From the NCBI GenBank assembly GCA_024655865.1, contig JANLFM010000001.1, positions 62,397-126,396 on the forward strand: a stretch of DNA of 64,000 bases, in the 5' to 3' direction. The position numbers and the translations under genes were made by a program. Shown piece after piece: positions 46,535 through 55,814 of this stretch. The notes beneath the pieces are model-generated. The model did not search any database. It was not told the origin of the DNA and saw nothing but the letters and a program-made list of their open reading frames with translations. Numbering within the stretch: the first letter of the stretch is position 1; every line of letters starts with the position of its first letter. This DNA comes from Caldisericota bacterium (GTDB lineage: Bacteria; Caldisericota; JANLFM01).

Positions 46535-48163
46535 ATGAATTACATTTCTCTATATCGCAAATGGCGCTCTCAGAACTTTGATGAAGTGCTCGGGCAGGAG
46601 CATGTCACCCGCACCCTAAAGAACGCGGTGGCCAAGGGCAGAATTGCTCATGCCTATTTATTCGCCGGTCCCAGGGGAACAGGAAAAACCTCCACCGCCC
46701 GCATCTTAGCCAAGGCCCTGAACTGCCAGAACGGTCCTACCGCAGATCCCTGTTTAAAATGCCGCAACTGCGAACACATCAAGGAGGGGACCTCATTGGA
46801 CGTCCTGGAAATCGACGCCGCCTCCAACCGGGGAATTGATGAGATCAGGGAACTGCGGGAGAGGGTGCGCTTCGCCCCGGTCGAGGGCAGGTATAAGGTG
46901 TACATTATTGACGAAGTGCACATGCTCACACCCGAGGCCTTCAACGCCCTGCTCAAAACCTTGGAGGAGCCTCCGGAGCACGTGGTCTTCATCCTCTGTA
47001 CAACCGAGCCCCAGAAGCTCCCCCCCACGATCCTTTCCCGATGTCAGCGTTTCGATTTCAGAAGGATCCCCTTCCCTCTTCTAAAGGAAAGGTTTGCTCA
47101 AATCGTGGAGGCTGAGGGCGGGAAAATCGAGGATGGGGCTCTGGATATGGTAGTTCAGGCCGCCTCCGGGTCTTTCCGTGATGGGGAATCAATCCTGGAG
47201 CAGCTCCTGGCTTACACGGGAGGGGAGATCACTGCCAATGATGCCAGAGAACTCCTGGGTTTAACCGAGGACGAGTGGTTAGAAAAATTAATCCTCGCGT
47301 TTCTCGATGGCAATTACAGGGAGATTTTTGAGGTTATAGATACCTTGATTTCCCTGGGAAGGGATCCAAGGAATATCTCCCGGGACATCATTCAGTTCTT
47401 GAGACAACTTCTCGCTGTTTCCGTAGGGAATCCTCCGAGTACCTGGCCAGAAAGGGCTGAGAAGTTGCGAGTGATTGCCAGCCAGACTTCCACACCAGCC
47501 ATCCTTTCCCTTCTTGAACCCCTTGCTGGCCTGGAATGGCAAATGCGCTCCGCTGTTGAGCCGCGCTATCTTCTGGAGATGAACTTGATCTTTTCCAGTT
47601 ATCGGCTCCAGGAAAGGATAGCGGGACTCAGGCCGCCTACTGCCCAACCAGCGACAAAAGCTCAGGTCGTATCTGAGGTTAAGGAGGCGCTTAAAGAAAG
47701 CGTTCCTGTACAGGAAGGGTCTGATTTAAAAATTTCCCTGGAGGAAAAAGGGGTTCTCAAGGAAACGGTTTCCCCTTTAAAGCGCCCTCTGGCTTTCCTG
47801 GAGGAGATTAATCTGGACAAGCTAAAAGAGTATTGGCCATCAGTTCTGGAAAAGGTTAAACAAAAAAGCGTCCCCACTTATATCCTCCTGAGCAAAGGGA
47901 GCCTCACCGATTTCTTAGATGGTCAGATTATCCTCACCTTTGACCGCGCTTTCTCCTTTCACAAGAACATGGTGGAAAAGGGGGAAAATCGGCTATTGAT
48001 TGAGGAGGCTATTGAGGAAACGCTGGGGGTGAAATACGCCCTTAAGTGCTTGTTAGGGAACGGGGAAAGCGGGGAAAGCGCTGAGGAAATCAAAAACCAC
48101 CCCCTGGTGAAACAGACCCTCGATCTCTTTGAGGGTATAATTACAGAAATTAAAGAGGAGTGA
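46535..48163 (+). CDS. dnaX: DNA polymerase III subunit gamma/tau
   Basis: 542 aa with GPRGTGKTS P-loop, zinc module CLKCRNCEHI, IIDEVHML and SRCQRFDF. Confidence 0.95.
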   Translation: MNYISLYRKWRSQNFDEVLGQEHVTRTLKNAVAKGRIAHAYLFAGPRGTGKTSTARILAKALNCQNGPTADPCLKCRNCEHIKEGTSLDVLEIDAASNRGIDEIRELRERVRFAPVEGRYKVYIIDEVHMLTPEAFNALLKTLEEPPEHVVFILCTTEPQKLPPTILSRCQRFDFRRIPFPLLKERFAQIVEAEGGKIEDGALDMVVQAASGSFRDGESILEQLLAYTGGEITANDARELLGLTEDEWLEKLILAFLDGNYREIFEVIDTLISLGRDPRNISRDIIQFLRQLLAVSVGNPPSTWPERAEKLRVIASQTSTPAILSLLEPLAGLEWQMRSAVEPRYLLEMNLIFSSYRLQERIAGLRPPTAQPATKAQVVSEVKEALKESVPVQEGSDLKISLEEKGVLKETVSPLKRPLAFLEEINLDKLKEYWPSVLEKVKQKSVPTYILLSKGSLTDFLDGQIILTFDRAFSFHKNMVEKGENRLLIEEAIEETLGVKYALKCLLGNGESGESAEEIKNHPLVKQTLDLFEGIITEIKEE

Positions 48164-48164
48164 G

Positions 48165-48482
48165 ATGTTCAAGGACTTAAGCAAAATAATGAAACAGGCG
48201 CAGGAGCTCCAGAAAAACCTTCAACAAGCGCAGGAGGAGCTCGCTCAATTGCAGGTTACTGGAGAGGTGTCCGGCGGGGCGGTGAAGATCACCATGACGG
48301 GAAAGTACGAAGTGGTTGAAGTGAAAATCGATCCCAGTCTGCGCGATCCGGATTCTCTGGATATGCTCGAGGAGCTGGTGGAGGCTGCTTTAAAGGATGT
48401 TTTAGAAAAGATAAAAGCCGCCACCGAGGAAAAATTAGGCAGCTTTAAGGCGCTGGGAGCAGATTTTTCGGGAATGTTCTGA
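48165..48482 (+). CDS. ybaB: YbaB/EbfC nucleoid-associated protein
   Basis: 105 aa with MKQAQELQKNLQQAQEEL and GGAVKITMTGKYEVVEVKIDP. Confidence 0.9.
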   Translation: MFKDLSKIMKQAQELQKNLQQAQEELAQLQVTGEVSGGAVKITMTGKYEVVEVKIDPSLRDPDSLDMLEELVEAALKDVLEKIKAATEEKLGSFKALGADFSGMF

Positions 48483-49081
48483 TGCCTTACTCCTCCCCCT
48501 CTCTTACCAAACTCATAGAGGCTTTGAGAAAGCTGCCCGGTATTGGCCCTAAAAGCGCAGAGCGCATCGCCTTTTACATTTTGAAAAGCCCACCTCAGGA
48601 ATCAGAGGCACTGGTTTCCGCCATTATGGAAGCCAGGTGGAACGTGAAAGCATGTTCTATTTGCTTCTTTCTCGCGGATACTGACCCCTGCCCCATTTGC
48701 CAGGATAAAGCTCGCGACCAGGAGACGATTTGTGTAGTGGAGGATTCCCGGGATGTGATTGCCATGGAGAGAGCCGGCGCCTATAAGGGACTCTATCATG
48801 TATTAGGAGGTGCTCTTTCTCCCCTTGACGGCATTGGACCGGGTGATTTGCGTATAAGCGAATTGTTTGAGCGGGTACGACAGGGAAAAATTAAGGAAGT
48901 GATCCTGGCCACTAACCCCACAATGACCGGGGACATCACGGCAGCTCACCTTGCGCAGCAACTGAAGGTTATGGGTGTTAAGGTGACGAGGATCGCCCAC
49001 GGCCTTCCCGTGGGAACTGAACTGGAGCTGGCGGATGAAGTCACCTTGAACCTTGCCCTCCAGGGAAGACGGGAAATGTAA
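48482..49081 (+). CDS. recR: recombination protein RecR
   Basis: 199 aa with LPGIGPKSAERIAF (HhH), zinc finger CSICF..CPIC, and a Toprim domain. Confidence 0.95.
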   Translation: MPYSSPSLTKLIEALRKLPGIGPKSAERIAFYILKSPPQESEALVSAIMEARWNVKACSICFFLADTDPCPICQDKARDQETICVVEDSRDVIAMERAGAYKGLYHVLGGALSPLDGIGPGDLRISELFERVRQGKIKEVILATNPTMTGDITAAHLAQQLKVMGVKVTRIAHGLPVGTELELADEVTLNLALQGRREM

Positions 49082-49153
49082 ATCGGAGCACGGCGTAGTT
49101 CCACTTCGCCTGCTGTTCTATTAGTATTCATAAAAAGAAAGGGGGCTCATTTT

Positions 49154-49729
49154 ATGAAAAGCATAAAGGGAACGAGAACGGAGAAGAATCTCCTGAAAGC
49201 CTTCGCAGGGGAAGCCCAGGCCAGAAATCGCTACACCTATTTCGCTTCCGTAGCCAAAAAGGAGGGCTTTGAGCAGATTTCGGCAATCTTTCTGGAGACC
49301 GCAGAAAACGAAAGGGAACACGCCAAGGTATTCTTTAAGTACTTAGAAGGCGGGGAGGTGGAGATCCAGGCATCCTATCCTGCAGGAAAAATCGGGACCA
49401 CTTTAGAAAACCTCCTTGCCGCAGCAACGGGGGAGAAAATGGAATGGAGCGTGCTCTACCCCAATTTCGCTAAGGTGGCTGAAGAGGAGGGATTTCCTGA
49501 AATTGCCACGAGCTTTAAGGAAATCGCTGAGGTGGAGGAAGCCCACGAAAGACGCTATCTCAAACTGGCGGAAAACGTTAAGGAGGGAAGGGTCTTCAAG
49601 CGGGATCAGGTCGTGCGCTGGAAATGCCGCAACTGTGGATATATCCACGAGGGAGCTGAGGCTCCAGATATTTGTCCCGCCTGCAGGCACCCTCAAGCTT
49701 ACTACGAGATCTTTGTGGAGCCCTATTAG
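49154..49729 (+). CDS. rbr: rubrerythrin
   Basis: 191 aa with the di-iron four-helix motif ([24 protein letters not shown]) and a C-terminal rubredoxin CRNCG..CPAC. Confidence 0.95.
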   Translation: MKSIKGTRTEKNLLKAFAGEAQARNRYTYFASVAKKEGFEQISAIFLETAENEREHAKVFFKYLEGGEVEIQASYPAGKIGTTLENLLAAATGEKMEWSVLYPNFAKVAEEEGFPEIATSFKEIAEVEEAHERRYLKLAENVKEGRVFKRDQVVRWKCRNCGYIHEGAEAPDICPACRHPQAYYEIFVEPY

Positions 49730-49757
49730 AAAGACTTCTCGGCAATTGCATGTTTAG

Positions 49758-49790
49758 AAAGGCGCCTGAGGCGCCTTTCCTTTTCCCCTT
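49758..49790. terminator. bidirectional intrinsic terminator
   Basis: AAAGGCGCC (49758-49766), loop TGA, GGCGCCTTT (49770-49778), then CCTTTTCCCCTTTT. It sits between convergent genes. Confidence 0.75.
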
Positions 49791-49820
49791 TTGATCTCCT
49801 TTTATCACATTTCGGGCACT

Positions 49821-50156
49821 TCAGGAGCCCTTCAGGCGTTCCAGGGCCTCCCTGTACCTGAGACTCCCTTCCGCCCAACTTTCAATCCTCAAACAGGGAA
49901 AATCCGGGCACTGGCTGCAGCTTTCGAGCCCTCTTTCGTCCATTGCGCAGTGGAGGATTTCACAGTCCGAAGACCAGTGCAGGGAGCGATCTCCATGACA
50001 TCCAGAACAACGAATAACCTCGGGCTTGATATCCAGATTTCTGTTTTTCTTGAATTCCTCGGAAATCCTCTCTGCTAAAGCTGTGTCACTGGAAGCTTGG
50101 AAAATCTCGCATTCTGCGCAATTCAGGCCACAGCAGGCAATTTCTATCCAGGCCAT
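49821..50156 (-). CDS. DUF3795-type cysteine-rich protein (second copy)
   Basis: MAWIEIACCGLNCAECEIF. ATG 50156 follows GGGGAGGTGA, and the ORF-track GTG 50165 lies inside that SD. Confidence 0.7.
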   Translation of the reverse strand: MAWIEIACCGLNCAECEIFQASSDTALAERISEEFKKNRNLDIKPEVIRCSGCHGDRSLHWSSDCEILHCAMDERGLESCSQCPDFPCLRIESWAEGSLRYREALERLKGS

Positions 50157-50176
50157 TCTTCTCACCTCCCCTCGAT

Positions 50177-51064
50177 TTACTCAAATTTCACTATTCCACC
50201 GGGAAACCCGGGTACGGCTGAGTAGAAATTGGGTCCCGCAGTTCCTGGTCCGCAGTGAGCCCCGATGATTATCGAGGCAGTATCATCCAGAATTTCCTCC
50301 TCAAAGATACCAAAATGGGAGGAAATTCTCTCCCTCAGTTCTTGTGTAAATTCTGAAGCGAGGACGTTGATCAGGCTGATTTCGGCGATCTTTTGACCGT
50401 TTAAGGCCTCCTCCATCCAGGCGACCATCTCCTCAATTCCCGATCGGCGAGAACGCGCTTTTCCCACTAACCTAAGTTTTCCTTCCTCCATGGCCACCAC
50501 GGGCTTGATCTTGAGCATTGATCCCACAAGGTGCGTTACACCGGTGATCCGTCCGCCTTTGTAAAGGTAATCCAGAGTATCGGCCATAAAACAGACATGG
50601 GAGCGTTCTTTAATTAGGTTGGCGATCTCTACAACCTCCTTGAAGCTCAGGCCGGCTTTAGCTGCACGGGCTGCGGCCACTACCTGCCAACCATGAGCCA
50701 TAGCCAGTTGTCCTGAATCGATGACCCCGATCTGCTTTCCCGGAAACTCCCGGGCCGCCACCACTGCGCCCTCATAGGTTGCCGAGATCCCTGAGGAGAT
50801 AGTGATCACAACCAGGGAATCTGCCTGCTCGAAGGCCTTTTTATAAAGGGAGATGTAGTCCTCCGGGGCAGGACGGCTTGTAGTGGGAAACTCCCTCAGC
50901 CCAGGGAGTCTCCGATAGAATTCATCCAGTGAGATTTCCACCCCCTCCCTGTAGGGTTTCCCTTCCACGGTTACGATGAGGGGCAATGTAAAAATGGGAA
51001 GGCCCTCCGCGAGCTTTTCAGGAATACGGGAGGTGCTGTCAGTGATAACGGCAACCCTGTTCAT
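50177..51064 (-). CDS. DegV-family fatty-acid-binding protein
   Basis: 295 aa starting VAVITDSTSRIP, with TTSRPAP and a typical DegV fold-length. Confidence 0.85.
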   Translation of the reverse strand: MNRVAVITDSTSRIPEKLAEGLPIFTLPLIVTVEGKPYREGVEISLDEFYRRLPGLREFPTTSRPAPEDYISLYKKAFEQADSLVVITISSGISATYEGAVVAAREFPGKQIGVIDSGQLAMAHGWQVVAAARAAKAGLSFKEVVEIANLIKERSHVCFMADTLDYLYKGGRITGVTHLVGSMLKIKPVVAMEEGKLRLVGKARSRRSGIEEMVAWMEEALNGQKIAEISLINVLASEFTQELRERISSHFGIFEEEILDDTASIIIGAHCGPGTAGPNFYSAVPGFPGGIVKFE

Positions 51065-51298
51065 ATAAATTCCTCCTTAAAATTCAAATGAAGCAATTAT
51101 GGATTATATAGCCACAGTCAAAACTGGGCAAAAGGTTGAGGTTTCTTCAAAAGGGTTTCCCCTTTCCATAAACCGCTTTTACTCTCAAATCATCCAAAAG
51201 GAGAGGATGAATTCTTGGGTGGTTGAATTCGGACCTAAAATTACCTTCAGGGATCAGACCGGGCATAAAAATTGACCTTCACCTGTTTGAGTTATAAG

Positions 51299-52012
51299 AT
51301 GAAAGAGAGTTTAACTCAAATGAAGGCCCATTCTCCTGCATACTGGCGAAAAAAACTGCTAAAGGCCCTGGCGCTGATTTTGATCCTCGCCGGTTTAATT
51401 TTTATTACTCTCCCTTTTTACCCTGCCATCCGTTATTATATCTGGCCCCAAAAAATCTCCCCTCAGGCCGAAGAGCTGGTGCGTCTGGCAAACACCCCTC
51501 AGCCCCCAATCCCGCCCACTGAGGGAATCCCGGTTCCCTCGCCCAGTGAGACCCCTACCCCCGGTCCCTCATCTTCTAAGCCCGGTCTACCTGAAGGGCC
51601 GATGATCGTGATTCCCCAAATTGGCCTGGAGGCCAGGATTGTTCCCGACCTTTCCTGGAATAACCTCATGGCCGGAGTGGGCCACGACCCTTTAAGCGTT
51701 AACCCCGGGGAAGATGGGGTGTGCGTGCTCTACGGGCATAGATTCCTGAATTGGGTGGATCCCTCTACCGGTTACTTCTACCTCCTGGACAAGTTAGAAC
51801 CGGGTGATATCGTGGTGATTTACTGGGAAGGCAAGGTCTACCGGTATGTTGTCAGAGAAAGCAAGGTAATCGAGCCTACTGACCATTCTATATACGAGAA
51901 GAGGGAGGCGCCTACGGTCGTTCTCGTGACCTGCACCCCCCTATGGACGGACAAGTACCGTCTGGTAGTGTCTGCCGAGCTGGAAAGTCAGACCTCCCAG
52001 CCGGTTCAGTAA
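51299..52012 (+). CDS. sortase (class E-like) with N-terminal TM helix and Pro-rich linker
   Basis: VLYGHRF (catalytic His), LVTCTP (TLxTC Cys) and a C-terminal Arg region. The start is uncertain (ATG 51299 or 51320). Confidence 0.8.
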   Translation: MKESLTQMKAHSPAYWRKKLLKALALILILAGLIFITLPFYPAIRYYIWPQKISPQAEELVRLANTPQPPIPPTEGIPVPSPSETPTPGPSSSKPGLPEGPMIVIPQIGLEARIVPDLSWNNLMAGVGHDPLSVNPGEDGVCVLYGHRFLNWVDPSTGYFYLLDKLEPGDIVVIYWEGKVYRYVVRESKVIEPTDHSIYEKREAPTVVLVTCTPLWTDKYRLVVSAELESQTSQPVQ

Positions 52013-52043
52013 CAGTTAACTAACAGCCAAAAACAATTCAGCC

Positions 52044-52529
52044 TTACCTCTGGGCCAGTTCCCTATCGAGCATATAAATGGCATACCCCTGCTCGCCGAC
52101 TAGCCTGGCCTTTTGCACGATAGCCAGGGTCTGCTCCTCCTCCTCTACCTGCTCACTGATGAACCACTGGAGGAAGTTTTGGGTGGGAAAGTCGTTCTCG
52201 CGAGTTGCCAGATCCATAATCTTGTGGATGCTTTCCGAGATGAAGACCTCATGCTTGTAGGCATCTTCAAAGGCCTCAAGAATTGACTTCCACTCCCTTT
52301 TGGGAGCATCAATGGCTTTCAATTCCACCCTGCCGCCCACTTCGTTCATATACTCCATGAACTTCTCAGCGTGTCCCAGCTCTTCCTTATATTGCGTAAA
52401 GAGCCAATGAGCAGCTCCCTTGAGATTCATGGCTTCGAAGTTCTCCGCCATAGCCAGATACAGGAAGGCGGAATAGAACTCCTTGTTGATCTGCTCATTA
52501 ATTGCTTTTTGAACGCTCTCTTTAATCAT
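52044..52529 (-). CDS. ftn: non-haem ferritin
   Basis: INEQINKEFYSAFLYLAMA and EELGHAEKF ferroxidase motifs. ATG 52529 was chosen because the longer ORF overlaps the dfx 3' end. Confidence 0.9.
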   Translation of the reverse strand: MIKESVQKAINEQINKEFYSAFLYLAMAENFEAMNLKGAAHWLFTQYKEELGHAEKFMEYMNEVGGRVELKAIDAPKREWKSILEAFEDAYKHEVFISESIHKIMDLATRENDFPTQNFLQWFISEQVEEEEQTLAIVQKARLVGEQGYAIYMLDRELAQR

Positions 52530-52551
52530 CGGTCCTCTTGCCTCCTCTTGT

Positions 52552-52938
52552 TTAGACCCTTTTAGACCAGAGCCCATGAATATTGCAGTACTCCCTTACT
52601 TCTTTAAGATCGTTAATACTCCAGGCGATTTTCACTTCCGGTGCTTCGCCGGGTTTCAGGAAGACTCGCAGAATTTTCCCATCCTTGCTGAAGGCCTGTA
52701 TCCACTCGATATAGTGTTTTTCCTCCATGGGATGAGGGACAGATCCAATCTTGATCAGCGTGCCGGAATCCAACTTCTCCAGGACTGGCAGGTGCTTCTC
52801 GTTGCCGACCTCCTGGACTTTCTCCACTATTTTGGTCATGGGTTGCCCGCAGCAAACCAAAGTGCCAACCCCTTCATGCAGGATCTCCACGATATTTCCG
52901 CAGATCTCACACTTGTAAACTTCGTTACGCGCTGTCAT
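52552..52938 (-). CDS. dfx: desulfoferrodoxin (2Fe superoxide reductase)
   Basis: 128 aa with an N-terminal desulforedoxin domain ([18 protein letters not shown]) and a neelaredoxin domain ([24 protein letters not shown]). Confidence 0.95.
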   Translation of the reverse strand: MTARNEVYKCEICGNIVEILHEGVGTLVCCGQPMTKIVEKVQEVGNEKHLPVLEKLDSGTLIKIGSVPHPMEEKHYIEWIQAFSKDGKILRVFLKPGEAPEVKIAWSINDLKEVREYCNIHGLWSKRV

Positions 52939-53072
52939 ACCTCAATTTCCTCGCTTCCCTTTAACTTTTATTTATTAACTATAACCAGCTTGATATGGCC
53001 TTTATTCCTTTTTGTGCCCGCTAATCCAAAAAGCAGCGCAAAAAGGGAAGGTGATAAAAGGTGCGTTCCTTT

Positions 53073-54011
53073 TTATTTGAGCATCCCGCTGATTACGAGA
53101 TCGATCGCTTTCTCCTCTTCCAGACCACGGGCCATCAAGGTTTCCACCTGCTTTTTATCCACCCTGCCGATAGCAGCCTCGTGGGTTACACGAGCAAACT
53201 CATTTAAGACGCTTACGATAGGAGTGGCCTTCGCCCGGGCATTTCCCTGGACAATCTCCACACAGTCCACATGCCCCCTGGCCTCAGGAGCACTGGCCAC
53301 AAGCTCGTTGAAGATCTCGCTCTGAGCGTTGTCCTTTACGGCTACCCGGCTCTTTAAAAGGCCGCGGGATCCTTTCCCGGAGAGCCGGCCTACTTCCCTG
53401 ATTTTGATTCTGTCGTCGCCGTAACCGAAGATCCTGGCGGTCATTTCTAAGACTGAGCTCTCCCCCACATCAGCCTCGTAATCAAGATCGAAGACCCCCA
53501 CCCTTCCCTTAATCAAGGAAAAGTTGGTTCTAAAATAGCTTTTATCCCCTACCTTTACTTTCGCCTTGGGGACAACCTCCACCCCTCCTGTGGTGCCGTG
53601 GTAGTGGACCTCGTTGTATTCGTAAAAGGCGTTATTTCCGATCTCTATTTCCGCTTCCATTCTATGAACCACGTTCACGGCGTTGGGGAAAATACAGTGC
53701 GCAAGGAGGCTGACCCCAGCGCCGTCTTCTATTTTTGCCCTGATCCTGATTTCCTGGACGCCCTGATCTGGTAGCACGCCAAAGCAGAGGTGCACGGGAT
53801 ACTCGATTTTCTGACCCTTTTCTACCAAAAGCGAGATGTCCACCCCTGTTTCTGTTTCCCTGGGTTCCAGCACCAATCCTTTAACGGTATGACTACCGTA
53901 AACCTTATTCTTGTGCACTACCAGGTGCGCAACCCTGGAGTCCTTGAAGACCTCGGGTGCTCCCCCGGATTCAGCATAGGCTTTGAGCATGTATTCGTAA
54001 TCCTTGCTCAT
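53073..54011 (-). CDS. sufB: SufB/SufD-family Fe-S cluster assembly protein
   Basis: About 312 aa from ATG 54011 (MSKDYEYML), overlapping the sufC stop. The C-terminal motif is THEAAIGRVDKKQVETLMARGLEEEKA. Confidence 0.85.
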   Translation of the reverse strand: MSKDYEYMLKAYAESGGAPEVFKDSRVAHLVVHKNKVYGSHTVKGLVLEPRETETGVDISLLVEKGQKIEYPVHLCFGVLPDQGVQEIRIRAKIEDGAGVSLLAHCIFPNAVNVVHRMEAEIEIGNNAFYEYNEVHYHGTTGGVEVVPKAKVKVGDKSYFRTNFSLIKGRVGVFDLDYEADVGESSVLEMTARIFGYGDDRIKIREVGRLSGKGSRGLLKSRVAVKDNAQSEIFNELVASAPEARGHVDCVEIVQGNARAKATPIVSVLNEFARVTHEAAIGRVDKKQVETLMARGLEEEKAIDLVISGMLK

Positions 54012-54760
54012 TTCTCTTCCACCACCTCCTCGATCTTTTCCTCCGGGTTGTAGACCGGACAGGGGAGGCATTTTTTCTTGAAGTATTCCCCCACCTCTTT
54101 CGCCTCGCCCTCCTTGACGATGAATCCCTGGCAAAGAAGGGAGGCTTTATCGGCAATTTCTGCCACTTCCTCCCTGTGGGTGATCAGAAGAATAGTAGTT
54201 CCCCGCCTTTTCATCTCCTTGATCAGATTGACCACATGGTCAAGGGCTAAAACGTCAATTCCCGAATCGGGCTCGTCCAGAATTGCCAGAAGGGGTTTCA
54301 TGGCAAAAACGGAAGCGAGCTCGATCCGTTTTCTTTCGCCCCCGCTTAAAGTCTTATCCACCACCCTTTTCAGATATTCCCTGGGTTCCAGGAGGACGAA
54401 ATTTAAGGCCTCCTTGATCAGACCGGGGTCCTTTTCCTTCATGCCCACTTTTATGTAGTCCTCCACCGTTAGCCCCTCGAATCTGGCGGGCTCCTGCCAG
54501 GCCATGGTCATCCCCAGTTGCGCTCTTTTAAAGATGGGGTAATGGGTAATTTCTTCCCCGTTAAAGAAAATTCTTCCTTCCTTTGGAGTGTATCCGCTGA
54601 TGCCCATAATGGTGTAAGCCAGGCTGGTCTTCCCCGCTGCATTAGTGCCCAGAATGGCGTGGATCGCCCCGGGTTCCACTTTTAGATTTAGCTCCCTCAG
54701 GACCTGTCTCCCTCCTAAGGAAAGGGAGAGGTTTTCAATTTTCAAGAGTTCTCCTTCCAT
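54008..54760 (-). CDS. sufC: Fe-S cluster assembly ATPase SufC
   Basis: LLKIENLSL, Walker A GTNAAGKTS, LSGGERKR and Walker B AILDEPDSGIDV. The start is either ATG 54760 or TTG 54799. Confidence 0.9.
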   Translation of the reverse strand: MEGELLKIENLSLSLGGRQVLRELNLKVEPGAIHAILGTNAAGKTSLAYTIMGISGYTPKEGRIFFNGEEITHYPIFKRAQLGMTMAWQEPARFEGLTVEDYIKVGMKEKDPGLIKEALNFVLLEPREYLKRVVDKTLSGGERKRIELASVFAMKPLLAILDEPDSGIDVLALDHVVNLIKEMKRRGTTILLITHREEVAEIADKASLLCQGFIVKEGEAKEVGEYFKKKCLPCPVYNPEEKIEEVVEEK

Positions 54761-54833
54761 GGCTTTCAAATTTTTCAGCTCCTCTTCTACTCGAGCCAAA
54801 AGCTTATTTTTCTTTGAACTCGATCAGTTTTTA

Positions 54834-55247
54834 TCACCTAACCGGCTTTTTATTCAGATCCTTTACTATTTTCGCCGCTATTCTCTCCACTTCCTGGTCA
54901 TCGAAGTCCAGGGTGGACAATTTATCGACGCCCTCTTTGGCTACGGTAATTTCATAGGTTGGTTCGATGCCCGCGTTTCTCACTATTTTTGAAGCGCATT
55001 CCATTTGACAGCCGTTGATCACGATCAGCCTCCGGGCTTTTCGGGCAATGTCCGTATGAGCCCTGGAACCAGCCCCAATTGCAGTAATACAGCACATTCT
55101 GGCACGGTCCTCTTCCTTGGTAAGCTTCACGGCGACCTCATGCCCGATCTGCCCCACCGAGGAGGCACCATCACATGCCAGAATGATGTCCAGGTTCTCC
55201 GCTTCTTTTCCACATGCGGGTAAAAGTTGCCACTTTTTCTCGTTCAT
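54834..55247 (-). CDS. DGC-domain (putative zinc-binding) protein
   Basis: 137 aa with ILACDGASSVGQ, CCITAIGAG and VINGCQMECA motifs; AAGGAG SD. Confidence 0.7.
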   Translation of the reverse strand: MNEKKWQLLPACGKEAENLDIILACDGASSVGQIGHEVAVKLTKEEDRARMCCITAIGAGSRAHTDIARKARRLIVINGCQMECASKIVRNAGIEPTYEITVAKEGVDKLSTLDFDDQEVERIAAKIVKDLNKKPVR

Positions 55248-55424
55248 CTGTCCTTATCTCCTTATCGTTTGTTTTTTACATTTATCCCTCAAGGACTCTG
55301 AGGGCATCTTTACCGGTCATCCCCTCCAGAACATCCTCAATTTCCCTTAAGCCACCCGCTACTGAGAGCGGCTACATCGCGTTTATTTGATTCCCGATTT
55401 TAATCCCGATAATTGTCTTCCCGT

Positions 55425-55814
55425 CTACATGGACGGGCTTAATCTCCACCATTCCGATTGAGCCGCTTTTTGCCGCGTTACTTTCCGGGACTGGAGAAAT
55501 ACCCCAAAGGAAGGCATGCCAGAGACGGGAACAATGGCTACCGCGGTCTCTAACAATTCTTCCTCGCTCGCTCCGACTTTTATGGCGCCAGTTAAATGCA
55601 TAAGAGTTGAGTCAACGTCATGTTGAGAGGCTGTAATTGCCGCATGAATCATAAATTTTGTTTTCTTTGAGAGTGCTCCATCGCTCAAAGCAATTTTGTG
55701 TAATTCCAAGAAAGCCTGGCATAAATCCTGATGCTTTTCTTTTAAAAATTTCACCGGAGGAAGAATTTCCCCAAACTCCTTTTCAAATTCTTTGAGATTC
55801 TTCTCCACATCCAT
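55425..55814 (-). CDS. carboxymuconolactone decarboxylase (AhpD-like) family protein
   Basis: Helical CMD fold motif (KTKFMIHAAITASQHDVDSTLMHL). ATG 55814 follows GGAGG. The C-terminal ~20 aa look atypical. Confidence 0.7.
   Translation of the reverse strand: MDVEKNLKEFEKEFGEILPPVKFLKEKHQDLCQAFLELHKIALSDGALSKKTKFMIHAAITASQHDVDSTLMHLTGAIKVGASEEELLETAVAIVPVSGMPSFGVFLQSRKVTRQKAAQSEWWRLSPSM

Noticed and set aside
47861-47869. A6 run in dnaX (CAA AAA AGC) as a tau/gamma programmed -1 frameshift site
   Set aside because: In the zero frame it reads CA-A AAA AGC, not the X XXY YYZ heptamer (A AAA AAG). No obvious downstream hairpin or upstream SD-like stimulator was seen.
48059-48076. Tandem GGGGAAAGC x2 repeat
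   Set aside because: It lies in-frame inside dnaX (encodes GESGES) in the variable linker. It is a trivial duplication, not a repeat element.
49100-49125. PerR/Fur box upstream of rubrerythrin (CTATTAGTATTCATAA)
   Set aside because: It shows only partial dyad symmetry and a poor match to TTATAATNATTATAA, so it is not distinguishable from generic AT-rich promoter DNA.
51207-51275. 22-codon ORF (MNSWVVEFGPKITFRDQTGHKN) with strong SD upstream of the sortase gene
   Set aside because: It is too short and has no recognisable sorting signal or leader-peptide features. It cannot be supported without conservation or Ribo-seq data.
52576-53325. 249-aa plus-strand ORF
   Set aside because: It is antisense to desulfoferrodoxin and SufBD, both with unambiguous motifs, making it a shadow ORF. 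The same reasoning applies to other long antisense ORFs, for example 28727-29545, 44840-45442, 12064-12693, 29927-30475 and 59212-59664.
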